From NCBI GenBank assembly GCA_950097015.1, contig CATNEN010000032.1, forward strand, positions 2,418,001 through 2,482,000: 64,000 nucleotides of DNA, given 5' to 3'. The stretch is from Macrostomum hystrix. Its lineage: Eukaryota > Animalia > Platyhelminthes. Below are positions 48,878-62,000 of this stretch, piece after piece; the first letter of the stretch is position 1; the number at the start of each line of letters is the position of its first letter. The translations under genes were made by a program, and so were the position numbers. Below the pieces are notes generated by a model. The model was not told the origin of the DNA, made no database searches, and saw only the letters and a list, made by a program, of their open reading frames with translations.

Positions 48878-50027
48878 GATCCCAGATTCAGTTCCAAGAT
48901 CCCAGATCTAGTTCCTAGATCCCAGATTCAGTTCCAAGATCCCAGATCTAGTTTCTAGATCCCAGATCTAGTTTCTAGATCCCAGATCTAGTTTCTAGAT
49001 CCCAGATCTAGTTTCTAGATCCCAGATCTAGTTCCGAGATCCCAGATCTAGTTCCAAGATCCCAGATCTAGTTTCTAGATCCCAGATCTAGTTTCTAGAT
49101 CCCAGATCTAGTTTCTAGATCCCAGATTCAGTCCCAAGATCCCAGATTCAGTTCCAAGATCCCAGATCTAGTTCCTAGATCCCAGATTCAGTCCCAAGAT
49201 CCCAGATCTAGTTCCAAGATCCCAGATCTAGTTCCAAGATCCCAGATTCAGTCCCAAGATCCCAGATTCAGTTCCAAGATCCCAGATCTAGTTCCTAGAT
49301 CCCAGATTCAGTCCCAAGATCCCAGATCTAGTTCCAAGATCCCAGATCTAGTTCCTAGATCCCAGATTCAGTCCCAAGATCCCAGATCTAGTTCCAAGAT
49401 CCCAGATCTAGTTCCTAGATCCCAGATTCAGTTCCAAGATCCCAGATCTAGTTCCTAGATCCCAGATTCCGTTCCAAGATCCCAGATCTAGTTCCTAGAT
49501 CCCAGATTCAGTTCCAAGATCCCAGATCTAGTTCCTAGATCCCAGATCTAGTTCCTAGATCCCAGATCTAGTTCCTAGATCCCAGATCTAGTTCCTAGAT
49601 CCCAGATTCAGTCCCAAGATCCCAGATCTAGTTCCAAGATCCCAGATCTAGTTTCTAGATCCCAGATTCAGTCCCAAGATCCCAGATTCAGTTCCAAGAT
49701 CCCAGATCTAGTTCCTAGATCCCAGATTCAGTCCCAAGATCCCAGATTCAGTTCCAAGATCCCAGATCTAGTTCCTAGATCCCAGATCTAGTTCCAAGAT
49801 CCCAGATCTAGTTCCTAGATCCCAGATCTAGTTCCTAGATCCCAGATCTAGTTCCTAGATCCCAGATCTAGTTCCTAGATCCCAGATCTAGTTCCAAGAT
49901 CCCAGATCTAGTTCCTAGATCCCAGATTCAGTCCCAAGATCCCAGATCTAGTTCCAAGATCCCAGATCTAGTTTCTAGATCCCAGATCTAGTTTCAAGAT
50001 CCCAGATTCAGTTCCAAGATCCCAGAT
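48878..50027. repeat. 20-bp minisatellite (GATCCCAGATCTAGTTCCTA)
   Basis: ~57 phase-locked units. Confidence 0.97.
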
Positions 50028-50483
50028 CGTTTATGTACGAAGTCTGTCAAATAGCGAAGCTTTTTGATTTTTCCCCATATTTAATCGAAAAAATCTAGCG
50101 TATAGATACAAGAAAAAATGATTAATTAAACAACAATTTTTTTTAATTACCAACCTGAAATTGGCCTCTCGACTTTGTTTAACCAAATGCGAGACGGGGA
50201 AAACAGTTTTTTATCGTTTAGCATTACATCCCAAAAGCTGTTTACTTAGAATTTTTTATTTCTTCATATTTTATAATCCTTGCCCATGCTTAGGCTTGTA
50301 ATCTAGATGCAGTGTGCCCGGAATTATAGAGAAATGGATTAATTACACGATTAGGCGATCGCACGATATATCTAAAAACTGAGAATCAGCCACGGATAAA
50401 AGTAAAACAAGCTCGTTACAATGACACAAGGGTCATGAACAGTCATGCAAAATTGGAAATGAGACATAGACTGAGAAATGACC

Positions 50484-50900
50484 GAAGTAGAACAGAGAGC
50501 AGCCCTGAAGTAGAACAGAGAGCAGCCCTGAAGTAGAACAGAGAGCAGCCCTGAAGTAGAACAGAGAGCAGCCCTGAAGTAGAACAGAGAGTAGCCCTGA
50601 AGTAGAACAGAGAGCAGCCCTGAAGTAGAACAGAGAGCAGCCCTGAAGTAGAACAGAGAGCAGCCCTGAAGTAGAACAGAGAGCAGCCCTGAAGTAACAC
50701 AGAGAGTAGCCCTGAAGTAGAACAGAGAGCAGCCCTGAAGTAGAACAGAGAGCAGCCCTGAAGTAGAACAGAGAGCAGCCCTGAAGTAGAACAGAGAGCA
50801 GCCCTGAAGTAGAACAGAGAGCAGCCCTGAAGTAGAACAGAGAGAGCCCTGAAGTAGAACAGAGTGCAGCCCTGAAGTAGAACAGAGAGCAGCCCTGAAG
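50484..50900. repeat. 23-bp minisatellite (CTGAAGTAGAACAGAGAGCAGCC)
   Basis: ~18 units. Confidence 0.95.
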
Positions 50901-51354
50901 GACTGTCTGAAGCAGTACATTGTCGCAAAGCAGTAAAACAAATATTATAGTGTTCTTGGCCGCAAAACTCACCAGCTGTTCTTGCCGGGTGGCTAGTCTC
51001 CGATCCGAGTTTAGTTTAGATAGAATATCCCAAAATGCGAGACGGATGTTGGGAATCAAATTTGTTGCTGGAATATGGGAAAATTCATAAAATGTTGCAG
51101 CTGAGTTTTCAGCAGAATTGTTGCCAAGCGAACATCCAAAACTAAAAAAGCGAGTTAGATTTCGGTAGGCCAGTAAACTGTTATGAAAAAATTGCAGGAC
51201 TTTAAAAAATTACTGCGGCTTTGAAATTTCCAACTGTAGTTCCGGCCGCAAAACTTAAAAGCACTGATTTTAAAGGTTACCGTGTAACAAAATTACCAAT
51301 AGCAAATTTAACTTTAAATTAACTTAAATTAACTTAAAATTCATATATAACATT

Positions 51355-51590
51355 GACTTGGGATGTCTAGAACTAGAATCTAGGACATTTGCAACTAGTA
51401 GCTCAAGCTAGGATGTCTAGAACTAGAATCTAGGACATTTGCAACTAGTAGCTCAAGCTAGGATGTCTAGAACTAGAATCTAGGACATTTGCAACTAGTA
51501 GCTCAAGCTAGGATGTCTAGAACTAGAATCTAGGACATTTGCAACTAGTAGCTCAAGCTAGGATGTCTAGAACTAGAATCTAGGACATAC
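51355..51590. repeat. 50-bp tandem repeat
   Basis: GGATGTCTAG at 51361, 51411, 51461, 51511 and 51561. Confidence 0.92.
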
Positions 51591-51868
51591 ACACAAAACA
51601 AAAACACAAAAGTCATATAGTAAAGATAATGAAAAAATGAAATGAATAGCACAAGGCTCATAGCACTTCAACAAACCATTTTGATGGTTAAGCAAAGTGG
51701 GATTTTTAATTCGGCTAGAGTTGTGTCATTATCAACCGGAACGAAAAACACAATCGATCGATGTATAATCCCATTAACAACAGATAGGATAAAAAGTAAA
51801 CTTAGGTTACATTGTCCACAAAAATGCTTAATTTAAATTTTACATCGTTTTAAACAAAATTTACTTCA

Positions 51869-54800
51869 TTAGATTAGAAACTTTCTAAACTCGTCGTTTG
51901 ACATTCCGCCTCCGCCACCGCCACCGCCGCCGCCGCCGCCACCATCGGCACTGGAAGCTGTCGATTTTAACTGTCTAGGAACTAGAGAAATCTTTGTTCG
52001 ATGCCTAGTAGGATCGGTTGCTAGGCGGCTGTCATTATCAACGCGATGACCAGCCCTGTTACCACTGCCGCCGCCGCGCCCGCGGCCCCCTCCGCCGCCC
52101 TGCCTAGCCGGTGGATTGCTAATAGCTACGTCCAGCACCTGACCCTCATCTCCGAGCGGCATGCCGTCCATAGCAACCAAAGCTTTGCCAGCCGACGCGT
52201 CGTCAACGAATTCGGCATAGCCGTGACCTTTTGGGGCGCCGCTGCGAAACTGGGCTAGTCGGGCCGTGCGGAAGCCCGGCTGAGCTGAGCACAACTGCTC
52301 AAACGCCGCCTGATCCATGGATCGCGGCAGATTTTTGATAAACAATTTGTTTCTCTCCAAGCCGGTTTCAAATTTGAAGCTGGAAGCGGCGGTGTCGGCC
52401 TTGCCGGCTCCGCTCCTGGACTCGGACACGAACATTGGCCGGCCGTTGACCGGCGTCCGGTCCAGCTTCAATGCCGTCGCAGCGGCTGCGCCAGACTTTA
52501 GTTCGACATAGGCGAAGCCTTTGGAACGGCCGCGGTAGTCCCTGACTAGGCGAATACTGACAATGTCAGCGGAGCAGGCGCCGAGTGCGCCGCGAATGCC
52601 AGCCTCGTCAGTTTCGTAGGCCAGGTTGCTAAGGAACACTGTCCGATAATCCTTCTTTGGATCGTGCTCCACCTTCACGCCGTGGCTGGGCTCCGCGGAG
52701 CCGCCGGCGGGAGCCGCGGGCGGCTGTTGGGGCTTCTTGAAGTCAGATGATGACGATGAGCATTCTGTGAATGGTATCAGGAGAATCAGATAATCTGCGG
52801 AATCTTAGGATGAAATTGAAGCAACAGTATTTGATTTTATTGGCTTAATCCATCAACAGTAGAAATACCTCGGAGGTATATCTCGACGTTGGCATCGTCG
52901 AGATATTCAACGATATTCGCCGGAGTGTCTGGTGGCAAGAACTACAAATATAGGCAGAATTTTTCTGGTCACAAAGTTTCATCATCAAACCTTTCGGCTA
53001 TCATCGTTGACTATTTTGAATTGATAAAATTAACCTTTTTCATTTCATATGGAATCGCCATAGAAGTTTGCAAAGACAAGTTTATAAAGTTTAAAAGGAA
53101 GTTTATAAATGAATTTTAAAAAATGAAATTAATATACACGTAGGATTGGTAGGATTATATATAAATAATCCTATCAGTTTCAATATAATAAAATTTATAT
53201 AATAGATCCTACCAATCCTGACTGCCGTCAGGAATCGAACCCCCGACCTTGATGTGGTGAGTCCGACGCAAAAAATGTTACAAAAATAGGATTTTGAGTA
53301 AAAAAACTTGCCTGCCTGTCGAACTGTTGAAGTCTTTGCCCTCTTGTTGGCCGGCGCCTGCTCAGCCTGACTAGAAACTGCTCCGCTTATTTTGCCAGCT
53401 TTTCGTTTGCCGCCGCCCTGCTCCGCAGCCCGCTGGCGGAGTACAGTCCGCTGCTTCTCCGCCCGTTTCAGCGCCTCAACGTAGCCTGAAACGTCGCCTT
53501 CCTCGCGCTCATAGTCAATCAGACGCTGGAGAAGGAGCTCGCAGTCCTGGACGCTGCTCACTGAATTGACGGCCCGGCTTAGACAGCGGCGGATGTGCTT
53601 GGCGTCACCGAATCGCTGCTCGAATTCCAGCTGCCGCTGCCACATCTGGGCACTGTTGCCGTGCCCGCGCTTCATCACCTGCGTTTGGAGATGATTGAGA
53701 AAACCGATACCCGTTATAAGTACTCTTACCCTTTCCAATACTTCTCAAATATGAACTCAGTCCTTCTTATAGATAATCCCAATCCGATGTAGGTAGAATC
53801 CCAATAATACTCAACACACGATCCCATTCCCCTGCCCTGATCCCAATCATACCAAATCCGGATCCCCATTATACTGCCCTGATCCCAATCCTACCAAATC
53901 AGGATCCCCTTTATACTGCCCTGATCCCAATCCTACCAAATCAGGATCCCCAATTATACTGCCCTGATCCCAATCCTACCAAATCCTGATCCCAATTCTC
54001 CTCACCTGATCCCACAGCTGCCTGGCGGCTCCCAGCTCTCCCAGCTGCGCCCGAACCAGAGCGGCGTAGCGCAGCAGGCAGGCCTGCGGATCGGCGAACT
54101 GGGCGTCCAACGCGACGATGCCCAGCTCGCAAAGCTGATGCCAGCTGGCCCAGCGTTTCGCAGAGTCCTCGTCTGCGGAGTTTCCACCAGTAGGCGCAGC
54201 GGCCGCGTATCGTCTAGCAGCGTCTAGGTAGGCAAGCCAGACGGCCAGCAGATCGGCCGGATCGGACAGGCCAGCGGAGGTGGCGCTCTCGTAGGTCGGT
54301 TTAACCTGACTGACAAAGTCGCAGCCCATGCACTCCTGGCACAGTGCCAGCTGGCGCCACAGGCTGCCAGTCCACGGACAGTTGCGCACGGAGCGCTGGC
54401 AGAGGCGCAGCAGCTTGGGTCCGGGCTCGAACTGCTGCCAGACGTAGGAAACGTAGGCCTCCCAAAGGCCGGTGTCCAGACAGTTGGCTGTCACGGAGCG
54501 CTCGAAAACTGCCAGTTGCTGGGCCGCTGGGCCACAAGCCGCCTCGATGTAGGCTCGATAGTGCTGGGCTGAGAAATGGGGCCGGGAGAGACAGTTAAGT
54601 AGAGTCAGATCATTGAGTCATTGACATCAAATCTCATACACTGATGAAAATTACCAAAGTTTCATACCTTGATAACAGATCTTAAATTCTCACACCTTTT
54701 GATTTGCACCCTCAGTTTCAAATCATTTGATGGGAGTGTCAATGTTTATTTTAATTTGGAACCATTAAGTATTCTACCTTCTGAATTGAAACCCTTAAAG

Positions 54801-56971
54801 TCTCACACCTTTTGAATTGAAACCCTTAAAGTCTCACACTTTCTTATTGGAACCTCAAAGTCTCACACCTTCTTATTTGAAACCTCAAAGTCTCACACTT
54901 TCTTATTTGAAACCTCAAAGTCTCACACCTTCTTATTTGATACCTCAAAGTCTCACACCTTCTTATTTGAAACCTCAAAGTCTCACCTTTTTATTTGAAC
55001 CTCAAAGCCTCACACCTTTTTATTTAAACCTCAAAGTCTCACCTTTTTTTGAACCTCAAAGTCTCACCTTTTAATTTGAAACCTCAAAGTCTCACTTTTT
55101 AATTTGAAACCTCAAAGTCTCACCTTTTAATTTGAAACCTCAAAGCCTCACATTTTTATTTGAAACCTCAAAGTCTCACACCTTCTTATTTGAAACCTCA
55201 AAGTCTCACCTTTTTATTTGAAACCTCAAAGTCTCACCTTTTAATTTGAAACCTCAAAGTCTCACCTTTTTATTTGAAACCTCAAAGTCTCACACCTTCT
55301 TATTTGAAACCTCAAAGTCTCACACCTTCTTATTTGAAACCTCAAAGTCTCACCTTCTTATTTGAAACCTCAAAGTCTCACACCTTCTTATTTGAAACCT
55401 CAAAGTCTCACCTTTTTTTTGAACCTCAAAGTCTCACCTTTTAATTTGAAACCTCAAAGTCTCACCTTTTAATTTGAAACCTCATAGCCTCAGCCTATTA
55501 AAATGGCAATTCTTAAAAAGAATCAAATTTCCGGTATTTTTGCTGTTAAAACAGTTCTAATTCCTTTTTAAGCATCAAACCAATGGGCATCTTATAAGCA
55601 CTTTAATTTCCGTTCGAGAGGAATAATCTTAGAAGGGCAAAAAAAAGAAAACTTAAGAACTGACAAATTAGCTGAACTTTCCTGTTCGCTACTTATTTTT
55701 AACGAATAACTCACCCGACTTATCCGGCTCGTCAACTAGTAGATTTTCAAACGGCTCAATCTTGGCCAATTCCTCCAGGCTTTTCTCGTACACCAGCCGA
55801 ATCTCATCAGGCGGCGTCTGCTCCTTCTCGGCCAGCCAATCGCAGAGCTCGCGCCAGGTGTCGCCGAGGCCAACGTGCGGCATGGCCAGGTGGCGCCGGA
55901 ACAGGTCAACAACGCGCCGCCGCTGCTTCTCCACAGCCGCCGTGTTGGCCTCCGCCGCCTCGGCCGACGCGGACCCAACCGCGGCCGTGGCCTCGCGTCG
56001 GGCCAGTTCGAGCAGTTCAAATTCGCGCCAAGCCTCCCAGACTCGCTGATCAGTGCGACCGGCGTAGCGACCAACCAGAGCTACGCAGTGCTCAAATACT
56101 ATCCTATAAATAAATATAATAGTAATAATAACAATTTCATGAGGGCTGCGGGCAACGGTACATCATCTGGTGACACTAGACCCGCAGCCAGCGAGGAGGT
56201 AACTCTGCCCATTGATCGCGACTCTTGAACACGCACTCACACAGGTGTGTACATCTGCCCTGACTTTCTCATCGTCAGGCAGTCTACACTCTCAGTGTCT
56301 TGGAGGTTGGCCCTCAAGGGCGTAAATTGCTCGACAAGCCCCCAAGCCTTCTCTCTGCGGCTGCGCCCCAAATGAATGTGGCCTCGCCGCAGAATCGAGC
56401 TCAGGGACCTTGGCGCGAGGAGATGCGAAGACTTAACCCCATAGACTAACCTAGCTGCGTCGGCAGATTTCTCATCGTCCAGGCCGGAGCCTCTCTGACC
56501 AATGGCGAATACGCAGTACTCGGTCGCTACGTCGACGCTGGCGTAGTCGTCTAGAGCGCGCCGGAACAGGGCGTCAATGGCGGCCGCCTGCTCCTGGGTG
56601 GCCGGAGCGCCGTCGTTGATCAATCGCCGCTCGTCTCCGATCCAATCCAGCCACAGGCCGGGACTGAGCGGGTACAGGCTGTTCATGGCCTCCCGGGCTG
56701 ACCGGCTGCCCTCAAGGTCGCCAGACTTGCGCAGCAGTTCAATGAGGCGCACATGAGAGTCGTAGTGATAGGGATTGGACTCCAGGTGACGCCGCAGGGA
56801 AACCACCTCTCGTTCTATTGCGGCTTCGGCTTCTTCGTCATCATCGTCGCTGTCTCCAGCTTCCTCGTCGTCAACTGATTCGGAGTCTGCTTCTTCTGCG
56901 ACATCATCATCGTCTCCTTCTTCTTCTTGCATAGGCTGAGAGTCTTCTGCTTCAGCTTCCGGTTGTGACAT
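51869..56971 (-). CDS. SART3: SART3/Prp24 (U4/U6 recycling factor): HAT repeats, two RRMs, LSm-binding tail
   Basis: Exons 56971-56451, 56103-55715, 54568-54006, 53678-53312 and 52764-51869, phase-consistent with a GC donor at 53311. Motifs NPYHYDSHVRLIELLR, KGFAYVEL, KGHGYAEF and C-terminal MSNDEFRKFL. Confidence 0.93.
53770..54000. repeat. 42-bp tandem repeat in SART3 intron 3
   Basis: CTGCCCTGATCCCAATCCTACCAAATC at 53832, 53874 and 53916. Confidence 0.85.
54790..55490. repeat. ~29-bp minisatellite (TTTGAAACCTCAAAGTCTCACACCTTCTTA) in SART3 intron 2
   Basis: Visible tandem units. Confidence 0.93.
56117..56420 (-). mobile_element. tRNA-derived SINE copy 4 (5'-truncated) in SART3 intron 1
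   Basis: Shared body and B-box-like GCTCGATTC; ATT-rich tail. Confidence 0.82.
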
Positions 56972-57028
56972 GACGGCTGGAATGGAGTTCGAATTAGAGG
57001 CTGAATCAGTGGAACTGGACCTCATGAC

Positions 57029-57352
57029 TGGCAGAGCGGTCAACGCGATTGCCTCTCGCACCAAGGTTCCTAAGCTCGATTCCACGTTCATTTAGGGCGC
57101 AGCCGCGGAGAGAAGGCTTGGGGGCTTGTCGCGCAGGGCCAACCTCCAAGGCACAGTGAGAGTGTACACTGCCTGACGATGAGAAAGTCAGGATATATGT
57201 ACAAACCTGTGTGAGCGTGCCTGCGTATGGTATCTGTCTGCGTGTGTGCTTAGAAGTCAGCGAAATGGGAAAATTGTCTCCCCGCTGGCTGCGGGTCTAG
57301 TGTCACCAAATCATGTGCCAATGCCCGCAGCCCTCCTGCTATCATTATTATT
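57029..57352 (+). mobile_element. tRNA-derived SINE copy 5, upstream of SART3
   Basis: TGGCAGAGCGGTCAACGCG...GCTCGATTCC...GCTGCGGGTCTAGTGTCACC...CCCGCAGCCCTCCTGCT-ATCATTATTATT. Confidence 0.85.
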
Positions 57353-57454
57353 CGAGGAATCAGATTTATATATATATAAAAAAGCTAAAATATATATATA
57401 AACTTCGGTCGTTTACGTACGGGTAGAAATTAACATGTGACTCCTCAGCAATAA

Positions 57455-58110
57455 AACAAACCTACCAATGACTCAATCTTAACCCTGCAAATGACACAAA
57501 CCTACAAATGACCCAATCTTAACCCTGCAAATGACAAAAAACCTACCAATGACTCGATCTTAATCTGCAAATGACACAAACCTACCAATGACTCAATCTT
57601 AACCCTGCAAATGACACAAACCTACAAATGACCCAATCTTAACCCTGCAAATGACACAAACCTACCAATGACCCAATCTTAACCCTGCTAATGACCCAAA
57701 CCTACCAATGACCCAATCTTAACCCTGCAAATGACACAAACCTACCAATGACCCAATCTTAACCCTGCAAATGACACAAACCTACCAATGACTCAATCGT
57801 AACCCTGCAAATGACACAAACCTACCAATGACCCAATCTTAACCCTGCAAATGACACAAACCTACCAATGACCCAATCTTAACCCTGCTAATGACCCAAA
57901 CCTACCAATGACCCAATCCTAACCCTGCAAATGACACAAACCTACCAATGACCCAATCTTAACCCTGCAAATGACACAAACCTACCAATGACTCAATCGT
58001 AACCCTGCAAATGACACAAACCTACCAATGACCCAATATTAACCCTGCAAATGAGACAAACCTACCAATGACCCATTTAACCCTGCAAATGACTCAAACC
58101 TACTAATGAC
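57455..58110. repeat. 40-bp minisatellite (AACCCTGCAAATGACACAAACCTACCAATGACCCAATCTT)
   Basis: ~16 units. Confidence 0.95.
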
Positions 58111-58529
58111 CCAATAATAACCACTATTGACGAAATTATCATTAAAATGCACTCAACAGACATAGTTTCAACATAGGTATTGTGAAAATCTGAAAGCTTA
58201 ATACTGAATTAGTCTCTAATCCACATTAGAATCAAAGGAATGAATAATTTCGCCGCGCACAGCAGGCAAGAACACGCATATAATCGCATCAATAATAATG
58301 AGAAAATCAGTGGAGCATCCATGTTGCCTATCTAGTATCTATTATAGCTATATTAACTAGCTCCTTTAAAAAAAGAAGAAGATAAACGAATCGTCACTTA
58401 AACATAAATAACCAGCATGGAAATGCATCAAGGCAGGCTATCAAGTATATTGTTTAATTTCTGCAATCGGTTATAAATAAAGCATTAACAATGCCTAAAT
58501 TTAACTGGCGAGATCAGCCAAGCAGAACA

Positions 58530-58535
58530 CACACA

Positions 58536-58589
<54 letters not shown>
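58530..58589. repeat. (CA)n microsatellite
   Basis: Run of ~28 CA. Confidence 0.95.
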
Positions 58590-58591
<2 letters not shown>

Positions 58592-59016
58592 TGGCTTGCA
58601 GTGAAAAATACGAGACGACAGGTGGCAATGTATGTCCGAATTATCCCTATTTAATCCCTATCCAAAATTAATAATCATTCTAGTCTAGTGAGGATCGGTA
58701 TTGGATTATCCACGATTGGGTTATCCTTATCCCATCCTAAAGCTTTATTCTGGATTATCACCGTACGGACTATCTATTATCCCATCAGGTGTATCTTAAT
58801 CTCATCCGGATTATCCTAATCCCATCCAGATTATATTTATCCCACCCGAAGCATTATTAAGAATTATTTTTATCTCATCAGGTGTGTCATTAGGTCATAT
58901 GCATTATCTGGACTGTTTTTATTCGAATCGCTGTCATTTCATATCGTGCCCGTTTTCCAATCATAAAGCAACATTTCCTCTTCATCTTCAACCCATAGGA
59001 GAATCGGAATTGTCCG

Positions 59017-62000
59017 TCACCTAGAGCTGAGCACAGCAACCTGGCCTCTAGTGAGCTCTCGAACAGCCACGGTTGCATAGGCGGACTTTGGCAGTCGCAT
59101 TCTGAGCAGTACGGCCCTACGCAAAGTGACGTCGAGTTTCTCGCCGTCGCCCGTTGAAGGCGGGTCGGCAGTGGCGGTGGTGGCAGCACCGGACCAGGAC
59201 GCGCCGCCTCCTTTGGCCCGCTTTTCGTTCAAAAAGTCTCGGTCGGACAGCAGCAGGGGAGCACGCGGATCAGTGTACACAAGCAGGCTGTGAGTCACAT
59301 TCTGGGGACGAGCGATGAGCAGCCTGAGCACGACAGTTTGATAAAACTTACTGGTAGCGATAATAGCAGTTGTGGTGAAATACAATAGAGATAATGAATG
59401 GCATTCCGGTATAAAGATAAAAGAGATAATTAACGGCACTCAGGTAAAAAGATAAGAAAGATAATGAATGGCCCTCGGGTATAAAGATAAGAGAGATAAT
59501 TAACGGCACTCAGGTAAAAAGATAAGAAAGATAATGAATGGCCCTCCGGTAAAAAGATAAGAAAGATAATGAATGGCCCTCGGGTATAAAGATAAAAGAG
59601 ATAATTAACGGCACTCAGGTAAAAAGATAAGAAAGATAATGAATGGCCCTCGGGTATAAAGATAAGAGAGATAATTAACGGCACTCAGGTAAAAAGATAA
59701 GAAAGATAATGAATGGCCCTCCGGTAAAAAGATAAGAAAGATAATGAATGGCCCTCGGGTATAAAGATAAGAGAGATAATTAATGGCACTCAGGAATAAA
59801 GATAAGAAAGATAATGAATGGCCCTCGGGTATAAAGATAAGAGAGATAATTAATGGCACTCAGGAATAAAGATAAGATAGATAATGAATGGCACTCAGGT
59901 AAAAAGATAAGAAAGATAATGAATGGCACTCCGGTATAAAGATAAGAGATAATGAAGGCACTCCGGTATAAAGATAGTAAGATAATTAATGGCACTCAGG
60001 TAAAAATCTAAGAGAGATAATGAATGGCACTCAGGAATAAAGATAAGATAAAATAGCCTAGGTACGAGTATAATACTCGCATTTATGGCACTAGGGCATA
60101 AGGATTCAATAGTCAATCTACCTGTAAGACCCCGGCAAGGCCAAATCCTTCACCCGGTGCCTCAGATCAGCCATTGTCAGGCCGTCCTCGGCTAGCATCT
60201 CACGCAGCGCGTCGCCGATAGCGTTGCTAGGCAACTGGACATCGAAGCCGGGCAGCGGCAGGACTACGCTGGTGATCTGACAGCCATCAGCGTCAGCCGG
60301 ACAGCCGGGCTCGCTGCCGCCGATTCGACGAATTGAGCCGTCCTCCAGCTGAACCAGATCACCAAGGACAGGCCGCGGTCCATAGAGCTTCAGCCTAGCC
60401 GTAGCCAAACGATTCCACAATAGGCTCTGGTAGCTGTGGCCAAATAGTTGCAGCATGTTCCTGGGCAGAGCCTGCAGTGCGGACAGGCCGGGACCTCCGT
60501 TCTTGGCGATGCCGTACAGAAGGCTGCGCTCTAGTCCGGTTCTCATCTTGGCCGCGCACGCGGCTGCGTCGCCGTCGCGCTTGTAGGCCAGCTTCCACTG
60601 CCTGGCCGTGGGATTGTCCGCGCCGCACGGCTCCAGGATGCGATCGATGGCTACCGACCATTGGCTGCGGAGCAGGGCTCGGCCAACTTCAAAGGTGCCG
60701 CCGTTGCCAGACTGGCCGAAGCGTTGCAAACCGAAGTAGTTTATAAAGCCCTTAGACTCCAGCGAGGCCACGCTAGCCGCGACCTCCGACGGACTGGCCG
60801 TCACGTCACTGCGCGTGCGCGTGTTGAAGGAAGATCAAGACTATTATTATAATCTAATAAGTATGCGACGGGTTAACTGGGCTGTTGTTGGTCGGGGACG
60901 AGTGTCACTGAGGGATGAGTTGTGGAGTGGGGTTGACTGGGCTTTTGTTGGTCGGGGACGAGTGTCACTGAGGGATGAGTTGTGGAGTGGGGTTGACTGG
61001 GCTTTTGTTGGTCGGGGACTAGTGTACACTGAGGGATGAGTTGTGGAGTGGGGTTGACTGGGCTGTTGTTGGTCGGGGACGAGTGTCACTGAGGGATGAG
61101 TTGTGGAGTGGGGTTGACTGAGCTTTTGTTGGTCGGGGACGAGTGTACACTGAGGGATGAGTTGTGGAGTGGGGTTGACTGGGCTTTTGTTGGTCGGGGA
61201 CTAGTGTACACTGAGGGATGAGTTGTGGAGTGGGGTTGACTGGGCTGTTGTTGGTCGGGGACTAGTGTACACTGAGGGATGAGTTGTGGAGTGGGGTTGA
61301 CTGGGCTGTTGTTGGTCGGGGACTAGTGTACACTGAGGGATGAGTTGTGGAGTGGGGTTGACTGGGCTGTTGTTGGTCGGGGACTAGTGTACACTGAGGG
61401 ATGAGTTGTGGAGTAGGGTTGACTGAGCTTTTGTTGGTCGAGGACGAGTGTACACTGAGGGATGAGTTGTGGAGTGGGGTTGACTGAGCTTTTGTTCGTC
61501 GGGGACGAGTGTACACTGAGGGATGAGTTGTGGAGTGGGGTTGACTGGGCTCAGTGACTATTAACTACTCGGGACGGGAAACGGCCAATTCATGCAGAAA
61601 ACTTTATGAGTCCGATTTTCTAAGTTTTCTGCTCGTCTCAATTTTGATCGCGGCAAGTCAGTTGTCAGCATTTGTTCTAACCACCTCACGAAAGATATGA
61701 AGACAGAAGGCAGAAGACAGTAACTGGCAGAAGACAGTTAGTACATTTTTCCAAATTCTGATAATTTTTTATATTGTATACGAGCTATCGCGGCTTGTAG
61801 TAATACTGCGCATTTCACGCAACACAAACAAAGAAACTAACAATCAGGATAGCATACAGACAAGGAGTAATGCAGGCAATCAATGTTAAATGTAATAACA
61901 TAACATAAACATAATATACAGTATTATCACATTCAAGTGCAGCAGCCACCTTGTCATCAAATACTTGCAGAGCAAATGAGACGCCCGTCTTTTGAATCAC

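Noticed and set aside
56237-57091. ORF-track extension of SART3 exon 1 at both ends
   Set aside because: The N-terminal part overlaps SINE copy 5 and the C-terminal part reads through the 56450 donor into SINE copy 4
57165-57215. CTGACGA...GAAA in the SINE body resembling a hammerhead ribozyme core
   Set aside because: Only 3 nt separate the motifs, so there is no helix II, and CTGAC pairs with GTCAG in a simple hairpin
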